Positions 19,040 through 28,896 of a stretch of DNA of 64,000 bases are shown piece after piece. How positions within the stretch are numbered: position 1 is the stretch's first letter; every line of letters starts with the position of its first letter. Origin of the DNA: Candidatus Dojkabacteria bacterium (GTDB taxonomy: Bacteria; Patescibacteriota; Dojkabacteria; B142; JAFGFJ01); assembly GCA_016931155.1 (NCBI GenBank), contig JAFGFJ010000006.1, forward strand, positions 13,115 to 77,114. The letters are read 5' to 3'. The translations under genes and the position numbers were made by a program. The notes beneath the pieces are model-generated. The model was not told the origin of the DNA and made no database searches. It saw nothing but the letters and a program-made list of their open reading frames with translations.

Positions 19040-19229
19040 CCTCTACTCTCTGTACTTCGATCCAGTAAACTATCCAAATATTCCATCACGGTAATAAAAA
19101 ATGACAGTGTTTCTCTAAAGTTTGAGAGCATAGGGCGAATCTCGACAAATTGTAAAAGAACAAACACATTGTATCACGATAAATCAATAGCACTGAGGTC
19201 TTTCTATATATTCTGTTCTTAGTGAGCAC

Positions 19230-19961
19230 CTACCCCCTAGCAATTACTAATCCGTAAACCTTTTTTACTCCACCTTCTTTCAGGACTTTCGCACATTCCT
19301 CAAGTGTAGCACCTGTAGTCATAACGTCATCAATAATTAAGACTATCTTTGAAGAAATTCTACACTGAGACGCATGAAGTGAAGAAGAATTTATGGAAAA
19401 AACACCTTTTACATTTTTCTTTCTTTCTTTCTTCTTGAGCCCAACTTGGGTTCTACTAAAACTATTCCTGATCAGTAATTCAGCAAGCATTAATTTTGTT
19501 CTTTTAGAAAATACCTTTGCCAATTCTTTTGATTGATTATAGCCTCTCCATCTTTCCCTTTTTGAATGAAGAGGTACAAATGTTATTACAAGTTCGTTTT
19601 TGTTTACATAAAAGGAAAACAGATTTCTTGTTGCAGTTACTAAAAATTCAACAAAGAGATTTTTTAAATCCAAAACAAACTCATACTTAAATTCTGCAAT
19701 AAGTCTTTCAACAAATCCGTCATACTTCAGAGAAATTATTACTCCATCAAGATAAGTTTTTTTTCTGCACTTATTATGAACAAGTTCGATTCCCGGAGTA
19801 CGTTTCTTGCAAACGTGGCACTCCTGAAAACGTCTGCAAATATTTTTTCTGCTAAGGCAATATTCACATAGATACGTTCCTACCTCACCACAACCATAGC
19901 AAATCCTTGGGAACAATTTGTTCAATATCCAGGAAATTATCACCAATATCGTATGTAACAA
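19230..19961 (-). CDS. comF: ComF family protein (phosphoribosyltransferase domain with an N-terminal zinc finger)
   Basis: N-terminal CxxC...CxxC pairs and a C-terminal PRTase motif VLIIDDVMTTGATLEE. Confidence 0.8.
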   Translation of the reverse strand: MLHTILVIISWILNKLFPRICYGCGEVGTYLCEYCLSRKNICRRFQECHVCKKRTPGIELVHNKCRKKTYLDGVIISLKYDGFVERLIAEFKYEFVLDLKNLFVEFLVTATRNLFSFYVNKNELVITFVPLHSKRERWRGYNQSKELAKVFSKRTKLMLAELLIRNSFSRTQVGLKKKERKKNVKGVFSINSSSLHASQCRISSKIVLIIDDVMTTGATLEECAKVLKEGGVKKVYGLVIARG

Positions 19962-20291
19962 CTACAAGTCAAAGACCTTGCAGACTTGCTTTTACCGGTC
20001 TTTGTATATATTATTGTGTACAACACGTTTATGTTAATTGCTCAATATGACCATTCGTATAGTACTCGGTAAAACAGCAAAGAGTGTTACCTTTGTTACA
20101 TACCACTTTCAAGAAAAATAACAGAAAATTATTAAAAAAATATTAAAATTGTCTAAATTCGCATTACCAAATTTGTCTTTATAATTTATAATTCTCGAGT
20201 TAATTTTGTGATAACAAATAATGATTTTCCAGAGCAGAGATTAGAAAAAATCCCACAGAGATAAAAGAGTAACTATATTTAAATAAGAAAT

Positions 20292-21116
20292 ATGGATAAA
20301 AGATTAAATAATACTGATGACTATAACGACACCAATGACCCCAAGTCGGCGTTTGTTTCTGTCACAGGAAAATACCCTAATATTAATTGTTTACCTGATC
20401 TGTTAGTTTTGGATAGAGAAACTCTATTTTCTCTTTGCAGCGATGTCTTTACTAATGGATTGGATTATCTATATAAAAGACATAGTGACTCAAAAATTAG
20501 AAATGCTTCATTCAATACATTAGAAACACTCGATCCTAATAGTACCCTCATAACCGAAAGAAAGGCTAAAACAGTATTTGTAGAGAATAAATTATTAGCC
20601 ATCCTAATAATCAATGGTATTATTAGAGAGAATAATATTTACGATGATCTTGAAAAGATTAAAGAAGATACTAAGTTAGCCAAATATGTTTTTAAACTTG
20701 GGGAATATTACCTGGAAAATGGCGAGCCACAGTTCGCTTTCAGATTCAATTATAATCCTGAGGCAACCAATTCCATCGAACAGGATCTATCCCAAGGCAT
20801 TATACTTCTTCCTCCGCACTTTTTTGCAAGATGCATTCAAAAACCAATAGAAGGACTGGCTACAATTGTTTATCTCTCATCTCAACTTAGAGATTTTGCA
20901 AATAACCAAATTTATCAAAAACCCGAGATTGCTACAAATAGGGCTCTATGCTTGGAAAAAAGATTCCTCGAGAGTTTATCCACACAACAGCAAAATGAAC
21001 TAGAGGGATACTATAAATACCTTCTTATGAGCGAAAATTACTCCTCTGCTACTTTTGACGATTTGGATTATGCAGGAAAGTTCGATCAGCGAAAGGAGCC
21101 AAGAAGAAATAATTAG
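20292..21116 (+). CDS. hypothetical protein
   Basis: 274-aa ORF with no recognised family. Confidence 0.4.
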   Translation: MDKRLNNTDDYNDTNDPKSAFVSVTGKYPNINCLPDLLVLDRETLFSLCSDVFTNGLDYLYKRHSDSKIRNASFNTLETLDPNSTLITERKAKTVFVENKLLAILIINGIIRENNIYDDLEKIKEDTKLAKYVFKLGEYYLENGEPQFAFRFNYNPEATNSIEQDLSQGIILLPPHFFARCIQKPIEGLATIVYLSSQLRDFANNQIYQKPEIATNRALCLEKRFLESLSTQQQNELEGYYKYLLMSENYSSATFDDLDYAGKFDQRKEPRRNN

Positions 21117-21225
21117 TTAAATAGTCAACTTTTATAAGATTCCCAATCCATTTCCTCTTTGTTTCTACTCTATGGTAAAATTCATAAACTGAATACAGGC
21201 AATGGTCCGCGTCACGGACTGCCGA

Positions 21226-21447
21226 GAGAAGAAATCCTGCTGTTGTTTTCGAAATTTGTTTTCCAAAACAGAGCAGGAAAGTAGAACTCTCCGGGTAAGC
21301 CCGAGATAGCTGAAAGAGTTCCGAATTAGTTTTGCTCGCCGAGCGAAGCGAGGCTTAGCAGAAGTTAATCGGAAATTAGAGTGGCACCGCCCTCAATCGA
21401 GGACCTCTATCCGATTTCACTATGTGAAGTTAGATAGAGGTCTTTTT
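21226..21447 (+). promoter_or_regulatory. putative T-box riboswitch leader upstream of valS
   Basis: AGAGTGGCACCGCC (21378-21391) matches the T-box consensus AGGGUGGNACCGCG at 11/14. Antiterminator helices (AGAG/CUCU and GCCCUC/GAGGAC) flank a 7-nt UGGCACC bulge. Their 3' strand is shared with a terminator hairpin, giving mutually exclusive structures. The element is ~140 nt upstream of the valS ATG. Confidence 0.45.
21403..21447 (+). terminator. Rho-independent terminator/attenuator in the valS leader
   Basis: GACCTCTATC-(21 nt loop)-GATAGAGGTC followed by TTTTT. Confidence 0.65.
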
Positions 21448-21583
21448 GATCTTAATTCAAAAAATCAGAGAGGAATTAAAAGAATTTGCCGATTTAAAAA
21501 TAAATTTACCAAAAATTATGCTCTCGAGTCTTGACGATAATACAGCGTTACTTGGAGCTCTTGCTATATTAAAATAAACTACT

Positions 21584-24016
21584 ATGCTCTACAAAGGCCC
21601 TTACGACCCAAATAAAACCGAACCTGAGATTTTGAAGTTCTGGCAGGAGAACAATTTCTACAAACCGGAGTACAACCCCGAGACAGACAAAATCATGTCT
21701 TTTGAAGAAATGAAAAAGGACAGTCGGCCACCCTTCTCTATTATCAATCCCCCGCCAAATGCTTATGACAGACCTCATATTGGAAATATTTCCGGCTATG
21801 CCTATCAAGACTTGTTCGGACGCTACAACAGAATGAAGGGAAAAAAGGTACTGCTTCAGCCGGGAAAAGATCACGCCGGTCAGGAAGGCGAAGCTGTATT
21901 TATCAAAAATGAATTGAAACCAAAAGGCAAAGAAAAGAAAGATTTCACACGTGAAGAATTTTATAAAGCGACATACGAATACAACGAGAAGAATATGGCA
22001 CTCGCCTTGAAGGATGAGATCAGAGTGGGACTTTCTGCTGACTTCGACCGCAATCTTTTTACACTTGATCCAAAAATTGTAGACACAGTTCTTGATACTT
22101 TTATGCAAATGTATCGGGATGGAATGGTTTACAAAGGAGTGCGCATTATAAACTGGTCGCCAGGGATGCAGAGCGCCATCTCAGACAACGATACAGCAAG
22201 AATTGAAAGGGAGGCCGAACTAATCTATATAAAATATCCCCTGGAAGAGGGAAAAGATTTCATCGAGGTCGCCACTACCCGACCGGAGACAATGCTTGGA
22301 GATACTGCTGTTGTAGTAGATCCGAATGACAAGAGATATTCAAAACTTATCGGCAAGTATGCAGTCCTTCCACTCATAAATCGTAGGATCCCCATCATCG
22401 CAAACGGAAAAGTGAACCAGGAATTCGGAACAGGAGCAGTGAAACTTACGCCTGCCCACTCGAATGATGATTACTACATGACCGAAGAATGGAACCAGCT
22501 TACAGAACAGCTCGAAAGAAAACCAGATGCGAAAGGAAGAGTTATCACTGAAGCACTTGGCTATGTTCCAAAGTCAAAAATTGAATACTGGAAGAAAATC
22601 AGAAAAGAAGTCGGAAAGATTCCATACATTAATGTAATCTGGAAAGACCTAAAAATGTGCGGCCCAATTGGAAAATACAAAGGAATGAGTATTGATGAAG
22701 CAAAAGCAGAAGTTAGAAAGGACCTAGAAAAGCTCGGACTCATCTCAAAAATTGAAAAAATTAAACAGAATCTCACAATCTGCGACAGGACAAAAACTGT
22801 AGTTGAACCGATGATGTCCAGCCAGTGGTTTATTGATGTAAATGCAAAAGATTTCAGACAGAAAGCAATTGAGGCTATAGAAAAAGGTTTAAAAAATCCT
22901 GAAGCAGAAGATGCGGTAAGGATTCATCCATCAAGCATGGCAGAAAAAGCTCTCTTCTGGCTCAATAATCTCCGTGATTGGCCGATTTCCCGCTCGATCT
23001 GGTGGGGATATCGGATCCCGGTCTGGTATAAGGGAGAGCCAAAAGAGGAAATAAACAAGGAAGGTCAAATTGTTCAAACAATCGGAGGAGTCGAGATTAA
23101 AAATTTAATTGAGGATGGAAAAACTGAGGCAGAAGAAAAAGAGCTTATTAAAGTCCAGGTTGGGTCTCCAGGCGGTGGCTGGGTTCAAGATACCGACTGC
23201 CTCGACACTTGGTTTTCTTCAGGCCAGTGGCCTTACGCTACACTCACAGCAGGGAATCTTATGGACACCTTCTACCCTACCGATGTCATGGAAACAGCTT
23301 ACGATATCCTTGAGGTCTGGGTATGCAGAATGATCATGTTCAGCTTGTACCGTACTGGAAAAATCCCATTCAAAAATGTCTATCTCCACGGTCTGATAAA
23401 AGCAGAAAATGGTCAGAAAATGAGTAAATCCAAAGGGAACGTTGTTTCGATGGACGACATCGTAAATCAATATGGAGCTGACACTTTGAGACTTTTTTAT
23501 CTTGTCGGAAACAAGGCAGGAGCCGCATACAGAGTCGATTGGGAGAAGATAAAAGGCAACAGGAATTTTTTAAATAAAATATGGAATGCATCGAAATTCT
23601 CTCTTATGAATCTTGAGGATTTTGATCCAAACGAAAAAATTGAAATCACAAACGAGGAGGACAAGAAATTCATCGAAGAAATAAAGAATCTCACAAAAGA
23701 AACTACAAACCACCTCGAGAAATTCCGCCCCGGTCTTGCTGCAGCAGATATCTACGATCATTTCTGGCATACTTTTGCGGACATATACATTGAGACAGCA
23801 AAGCCGAGACTTTACACGAAAGACAAGGAAGGAAAACCAATTAATCAGGAAGGAGAATCCCTAAAACGAAGGAAATCCGCTCAATATACACTCTGGTCAA
23901 GCCTCAAAACCTATCTTCAGCTCCTTCATCCGTTTATTCCGTTTATCACAGAAGCAATCTGGCAAGAATTGCCAAAACAAAAAGGAGAAAAAGAGACGAT
24001 TATGTACTCAAAGTGA
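21584..24016 (+). CDS. valS: valyl-tRNA synthetase (short form lacking the C-terminal coiled coil)
   Basis: PPPNAYDRPHIGN (HIGH region, ValRS-type P-P-N) followed by ...RYNRMKGKKVLLQPGKDHAG, as in ValRS (..RY.RM.G..VLW.PGTDHAG). KMSKSKGN motif present. Confidence 0.9.
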   Translation: MLYKGPYDPNKTEPEILKFWQENNFYKPEYNPETDKIMSFEEMKKDSRPPFSIINPPPNAYDRPHIGNISGYAYQDLFGRYNRMKGKKVLLQPGKDHAGQEGEAVFIKNELKPKGKEKKDFTREEFYKATYEYNEKNMALALKDEIRVGLSADFDRNLFTLDPKIVDTVLDTFMQMYRDGMVYKGVRIINWSPGMQSAISDNDTARIEREAELIYIKYPLEEGKDFIEVATTRPETMLGDTAVVVDPNDKRYSKLIGKYAVLPLINRRIPIIANGKVNQEFGTGAVKLTPAHSNDDYYMTEEWNQLTEQLERKPDAKGRVITEALGYVPKSKIEYWKKIRKEVGKIPYINVIWKDLKMCGPIGKYKGMSIDEAKAEVRKDLEKLGLISKIEKIKQNLTICDRTKTVVEPMMSSQWFIDVNAKDFRQKAIEAIEKGLKNPEAEDAVRIHPSSMAEKALFWLNNLRDWPISRSIWWGYRIPVWYKGEPKEEINKEGQIVQTIGGVEIKNLIEDGKTEAEEKELIKVQVGSPGGGWVQDTDCLDTWFSSGQWPYATLTAGNLMDTFYPTDVMETAYDILEVWVCRMIMFSLYRTGKIPFKNVYLHGLIKAENGQKMSKSKGNVVSMDDIVNQYGADTLRLFYLVGNKAGAAYRVDWEKIKGNRNFLNKIWNASKFSLMNLEDFDPNEKIEITNEEDKKFIEEIKNLTKETTNHLEKFRPGLAAADIYDHFWHTFADIYIETAKPRLYTKDKEGKPINQEGESLKRRKSAQYTLWSSLKTYLQLLHPFIPFITEAIWQELPKQKGEKETIMYSK

Positions 24017-24080
24017 CCAATGTATTAATTAGAAATCTATAGCTCAATAAATCCCTGTCTTTTTTACCAAAATTCAGAAC

Positions 24081-25127
24081 TTAACACATAAAGCTTCTAA
24101 TTAGTTGAACTATACTCTCGTGTTCCTTTGTAAACTCTCCTGTTAATGCCATTTTCGCAAATCTTTCCACTCCCCATAATCTCACTAACAATGGCTTATT
24201 ATAATTTTTAAACTTTGAGTTTAACTCTTTCACCATCCATTTAAATTCATTGTAATTATTCCCAGGAGAAGTAATTTCCCCCCATGGTTCAAATTGAGCT
24301 TCAGTTATTTCAATGTCAAACTCCCAGCCTTTGCTTTTACTCACCAGATCCCGTATACCCCTCGGTCCTATTAACTTTTCTAAAAGCGTACTTATCCATA
24401 AAATAAAAAAGTTCTTTTGAGGAACTTTGTAGTAATAGTTATAGCCAATAACAAAGCGGTTCCTGAAAGTATTGCCCAGATTATTATAGAACCGAAAGAT
24501 TTGAGCTAAATTGCGATAAGCGTTTGAACTCAATAAAATTTTTACATCAGGGAAGTATGAATTAATAACATCAATTATTTTAGCCAAATAATCCTCCCCT
24601 ATTTGCCATTTGTACTGTCCAAAAGGATTGAACACCTCATTTTCCGGCTGAATAATTTTAATTTTCTCTAAATCTTTATTTGAGTATTCACTCTTTAATA
24701 ATTTAAGCAAATTAACTAGGTAGCTTACTGCATATTTTGAAATTTCAGATTCAAGACCAATGGCAGAAAATTTCCCGGAATCATTTCTTAATTCTCTAAT
24801 AATATAATCCGGCACATGTTCCTCAGGCCAACGAAATACTTTGATTGGTCCGACATTCAGGCAAATATCCATTTTATTTTTAAAGCAGTAATCTAAATAC
24901 TTTTTATAAACTTTTAAGGAATAATATGTCTTTTGCATTTTTGTTGAGACAATATTATTCCACCTTAGCCCAAGCCGGATATCCCTTATACCAAGCTCTT
25001 CGTGAATATACCTCAAAATATCTATCGGATGAGTTTTCTGCTCGCCCGTGCAAGATAAATCATTGCATTGTTCCGGAGAGAATGAACAACCAAATTTTAT
25101 TTTGGGTGAAAATAAATCTGTTGCCAT
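24081..25127 (-). CDS. putative TIM-barrel glycoside hydrolase (GH5-like)
   Basis: IQPENEVF (NE[P] acid/base-like) and a second glutamate in IEITEAQFEPWG. The overall pattern is consistent with a clan GH-A enzyme, but only weakly. Confidence 0.35.
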   Translation of the reverse strand: MATDLFSPKIKFGCSFSPEQCNDLSCTGEQKTHPIDILRYIHEELGIRDIRLGLRWNNIVSTKMQKTYYSLKVYKKYLDYCFKNKMDICLNVGPIKVFRWPEEHVPDYIIRELRNDSGKFSAIGLESEISKYAVSYLVNLLKLLKSEYSNKDLEKIKIIQPENEVFNPFGQYKWQIGEDYLAKIIDVINSYFPDVKILLSSNAYRNLAQIFRFYNNLGNTFRNRFVIGYNYYYKVPQKNFFILWISTLLEKLIGPRGIRDLVSKSKGWEFDIEITEAQFEPWGEITSPGNNYNEFKWMVKELNSKFKNYNKPLLVRLWGVERFAKMALTGEFTKEHESIVQLIRSFMC

Positions 25128-25369
25128 TACTGTAATTTTGATTCTTTCGAATAATAATTAGCTTGCACTCTACATATGTGTAACAATACCACAAGTATAG
25201 GTTAGCACAGATACCTTAATACTTAGCAAAGAACACTTTATGATACAAGTTTAATTTCTGAATTAATGCAAAAAGGCAATTTGAATAAATGGTTTCAGAT
25301 TGACAACTGGGATCCAGTAAAAAAATAACAAGGCTACGTTATATATGATACAAATTTGATTTCTGAATT

Positions 25370-25807
25370 ATGGAAGAGACCAGTGAAAAACAAAGATCGT
25401 TTTGTTTAATAAAAAGGGACTTTGAAAGAATAAGCCTGTCTACAATAATTGCCATTAGCGATCTCTTTGATTATTCCAAAATCGAAGAGCAGACTGAATT
25501 AGATATTAGACCTATTAGAAGAATTCATGGAGAATATTCATCTTTCTTGAAAGGGATTTCTTTGCCGGAATTTCTAAAAACACTTACCTGTTATTACATT
25601 GCCTCCAATTGCTATAGCAAAGATTTAAGTCCATTCATGTTGAAAAGCAGTACTCAAATTGCAAAAACCTTTCTATCTGATATATTTTCTAATTTTAGAG
25701 TGTGGATAGATGAGAATACCGTTACTTTAGTCATTTTAAAGGACAGCCTCATGTACCAGCTACTCAGAGATAATGCAGAAATAGATCAAGACATACCAAC
25801 AAACTAA
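25370..25807 (+). CDS. hypothetical protein
   Basis: 145-aa ORF with no recognised family. Confidence 0.35.
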   Translation: MEETSEKQRSFCLIKRDFERISLSTIIAISDLFDYSKIEEQTELDIRPIRRIHGEYSSFLKGISLPEFLKTLTCYYIASNCYSKDLSPFMLKSSTQIAKTFLSDIFSNFRVWIDENTVTLVILKDSLMYQLLRDNAEIDQDIPTN

Positions 25808-26616
25808 GGCAATTTAATATCATAAACCTTATCAAACTCGAGAAAATCAATTTCTATAAATCCGATAACATATGGGTAGGTCAGTTTTATCAATTGGTCG
25901 TTCTTATCATATTTTGCCTCCACTATTCTAGCCGGCATATACGGATCATATTTATTAACAATTCTGTCTACTTTGCTCCCGTCAGGATTTGTAATATGCT
26001 CTACAACGGTATCTGACCAATTCCAGCCCCCTGTATCGGCCTCACTACCTGACATAACTTCTGTAAAAGATTTTCCAATGCTGTTGATATTTAATGCCTT
26101 TTCAGACTTACAAGTAACTGAACCAACAGGACTACCTATGTCCGAATTATCACGTTCTTCGTAGTCTGCTCCATACTCAATATCGCACTCATCACCAACA
26201 TAATATAAAGTAAAGCAATCACCCCTACAACTTGGCCCTACAATCATCATGTAATATTCAGAATAAACAGCTATCATAGCCTCTCTGTTCATTTCCTGTT
26301 TTACGTCTACTTTGTAGGAATATTCATCACCGTCAGTCAGATTCACCGACATTCTTACACTATTTCTCTCTCTGATATCATCAAGTGAACTAATGGCTTT
26401 GTCATATACCAGCCTTACATCTTCCGAGAGTTCCTCTCTTAGTTTAGCTCTAGCTTCCACTTCTTCTTTGCTCAATGAAGTTTCCAGCTTAGTGTTTATC
26501 TCATGCTGATTGTCTTCTGTATTTTCAGCTAAATTGTTTTCTTCCTGCTCTATATTTACGTCACGAGTCTTCAAGTACTGAAAAGTAATTATCGACACCG
26601 CTACCAAAAAAATCAA
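25804..26616 (-). CDS. hypothetical secreted/membrane-anchored protein
   Basis: N-terminal TM/signal anchor (IISLIFLVAVSIITF), an acidic region and Cys-containing motifs. Confidence 0.4.
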   Translation of the reverse strand: MIFLVAVSIITFQYLKTRDVNIEQEENNLAENTEDNQHEINTKLETSLSKEEVEARAKLREELSEDVRLVYDKAISSLDDIRERNSVRMSVNLTDGDEYSYKVDVKQEMNREAMIAVYSEYYMMIVGPSCRGDCFTLYYVGDECDIEYGADYEERDNSDIGSPVGSVTCKSEKALNINSIGKSFTEVMSGSEADTGGWNWSDTVVEHITNPDGSKVDRIVNKYDPYMPARIVEAKYDKNDQLIKLTYPYVIGFIEIDFLEFDKVYDIKLP

Positions 26617-26864
26617 TGATATCGTTGCAATACTTAATATAATTATTTTCTTTGTTTAAAGATAGATTAACATTTGGTTTTTCTGCTTTTTCAAAGGAGG
26701 AAGTATCATTCATTAGTATATTATTAAAAAGTTGTTCAAGATTTAGAGTACCATGTGGGGTACAAAAATACAAGAAAAAATGGATAAACTTATAATGCTA
26801 AAAAGTGCTTGACAAAACAGGTATAAATAGGTTTAAATTCAGTATTAAATTTAGTACCACACCA

Positions 26865-27098
26865 ATGAAAACTATATCACTACAAGACCTAAAAAGGAGA
26901 GGTTCCAAAGCTATCCCAAACAATGAGGTCTCTTATCTGATCGTAAATTCAAAGCCTAAATCCGCAATAGTACCATACGAGGAATATGAAGCATTGATAG
27001 AGGCTATTGAGGAGCTTGAAGACATCAAAGATTATGAGGCACGGAAGAACGAAAAATCTACCGACTGGAAAAAAGCCATTGAAGAAATAGAAGAATGA
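26865..27098 (+). CDS. Phd/YefM-family antitoxin
   Basis: MKTISLQDLKRRGSKAIP...SAIVPYEEYEALIEAIEELED is a typical Phd/YefM fold sequence. The start was moved to the internal ATG. The stop overlaps the RelE start. Confidence 0.65.
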   Translation: MKTISLQDLKRRGSKAIPNNEVSYLIVNSKPKSAIVPYEEYEALIEAIEELEDIKDYEARKNEKSTDWKKAIEEIEE

Positions 27099-27358
27099 AA
27101 TACCCCATAAAATTCACACGATCTGCTATCAAGGAAGCAAAAAAGCTACCCATCTCGATCTGGAAAAGAATAAAACTGGAGATATACGAACTCTCAGATA
27201 GCCCAATCCCCTCGTCATCAAAGAGGCTCAATGGCTATAAAAACGTATACCGTATACGAATCGGTTCGTATAGAGTAATCTACGAGCTAAAACACGAGAT
27301 TAAGATAGTATTAATTGTGAAAATAGGACACAGAAGAGACATCTACAGAAATTTATGA
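27095..27358 (+). CDS. RelE/ParE-family toxin
   Basis: 87 aa; KRLNGYKNVYRIRIGSYRVIYELKHEIKIVLIVKIGHRRDIY matches the RelE/ParE core. It overlaps the antitoxin gene by 4 nt (ATGA). Confidence 0.7.
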   Translation: MKYPIKFTRSAIKEAKKLPISIWKRIKLEIYELSDSPIPSSSKRLNGYKNVYRIRIGSYRVIYELKHEIKIVLIVKIGHRRDIYRNL

Positions 27359-28201
27359 TAATGATTCTACAAACTTCCTTGTCACCGCAACAGAAGCAGG
27401 TTCATTCCTTCCCTTTTTTAATGGTTGAAAGCCTAGTGGAACCAAAAAGGGTGCATCCGTCTCAAACACCAAGTTTTCCCTGCCAACAGCCCTCACAATT
27501 TCTCTGATATTCTCCGCTTTTTTGTATGTAATAATCCCATTTATACCAATCTTAAAGCCAAGGCCAGCAATTTTCTTCGCCTGCTCAACTGTACCTGTAA
27601 AGGAGTGAAAGGATCCAGTAAAATTCTTGCTGTCCTTACCTTTAAAAACCTGCTCCTTAAATATTTTTATAATTTCAATGCACTCATCCTCTGCTCCCCT
27701 CGAGTGAATTGAAAGAGGGAGTTTATACTTAATCGCAAGCTCTATCTGACTGGGAAATAATAATTTCTGCATCAATTTACTTTTCTTTTTATCTTCTTCT
27801 GAAATTTTTTCATTTTTGCTAAGCCAGTAAAAATCCATTCCGCACTCCCCAACCATCACAAATTTGCCTGTTGCCAAAAGCCTGTCCAGCTTCTCCATTG
27901 ATTCATTTATCCATTTGCCAATTTCTATCTGAGATTTCGAAAAGACCTCTTCTTTAAAAAGGTCACTTCCCGGAACAAACATCTCCATATCAATTCCCGC
28001 CCCCGGGAAAACAATATTCTTATATTTTTCACTATTCTCTAAGGCTCTCTCAGAGCTCTCAAGATCAATACCAATATCGACTATCCTCTCTACACCCGCC
28101 TGGATTGCCCTTTCTACAACCTTCTCGCGATCCTCATCAAAAGAAGTATCGTTTAAATGACAGTGCGTATCAATAAGTCCTGTTGTTGAAAAAAAATCCA
28201 T
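27353..28201 (-). CDS. tatD: TatD-family metal-dependent hydrolase/DNase
   Basis: IDTHCHLND at the N-terminus plus internal His/Glu/Asp ligand pattern (HSRGAE...ETDAPF). Confidence 0.8.
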   Translation of the reverse strand: MDFFSTTGLIDTHCHLNDTSFDEDREKVVERAIQAGVERIVDIGIDLESSERALENSEKYKNIVFPGAGIDMEMFVPGSDLFKEEVFSKSQIEIGKWINESMEKLDRLLATGKFVMVGECGMDFYWLSKNEKISEEDKKKSKLMQKLLFPSQIELAIKYKLPLSIHSRGAEDECIEIIKIFKEQVFKGKDSKNFTGSFHSFTGTVEQAKKIAGLGFKIGINGIITYKKAENIREIVRAVGRENLVFETDAPFLVPLGFQPLKKGRNEPASVAVTRKFVESLS

Positions 28202-28298
28202 TTTGAAATTATTCTACAGTTTTTAATAAATTTTTAATCTTTCTTTCATTAATCTTATTTGAAGGCAACTTAGGGTTAATCCAAGTAAATTGAGTCTT

Positions 28299-28895
28299 CT
28301 AAGCCAAAAGTGGCACTATTTCCCTGGACCAATAAGTTAGCTTTTCAATATTTTCTTCGATATAACCTCTTTCTACAAATCTCATATCAGAAATCTCCTT
28401 TTCAACTGGCTTTACATCTTCTACATCTCCAACAAACCTATAAACCAGGCCTACATGGACATGATTAACAGGATTTTCATCTTCTATATAAACAATTCCC
28501 AAAAAGTCTTTTCTTATAATCTTGCCCCCATAATTAACTTCTTCTTCGAACTCTCTATCAATAGCTGAGGTAACAATGTCTTTTCTATCATTTAGGTCTT
28601 GTTCTTCAATATGCCCTCCTACAAGTATGGGCCAAAGACCATGAGCTCTTTTCTCGCCACCATAAGAATTGACTCTATGAATTAAGAACTTATTGCCAAC
28701 TTGTAAAAGTACCTGCCCGATAACTTGCTTAAACGCAGGATCATTTTCTAGTAAACCTCTCTCGCGAAACTCCCCTTCTGTATTAAGTAGTTTGTAGTAA
28801 TAATCCAGATCATCCCTTTTTAGTCCATTCCACTTACCTTTCGAAAATAGTTTTTCCGAATTTATGCACCAAATTTTTTGCTTCATCTTGTCCAT
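28299..28895 (-). CDS. NUDIX hydrolase
   Basis: Nudix box GGHIEEQDLNDRKDIVTSAIDREFEEEV (GX5EX7REUXEEXGU). Confidence 0.75.
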   Translation of the reverse strand: MDKMKQKIWCINSEKLFSKGKWNGLKRDDLDYYYKLLNTEGEFRERGLLENDPAFKQVIGQVLLQVGNKFLIHRVNSYGGEKRAHGLWPILVGGHIEEQDLNDRKDIVTSAIDREFEEEVNYGGKIIRKDFLGIVYIEDENPVNHVHVGLVYRFVGDVEDVKPVEKEISDMRFVERGYIEENIEKLTYWSREIVPLLA

Positions 28896-28896
28896 A

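Noticed and set aside
18792-19222. ORFs 18792..18986 and 18932..19222 on the plus strand
   Set aside because: They lie antisense to the tmRNA gene with no coding features, so they are spurious.
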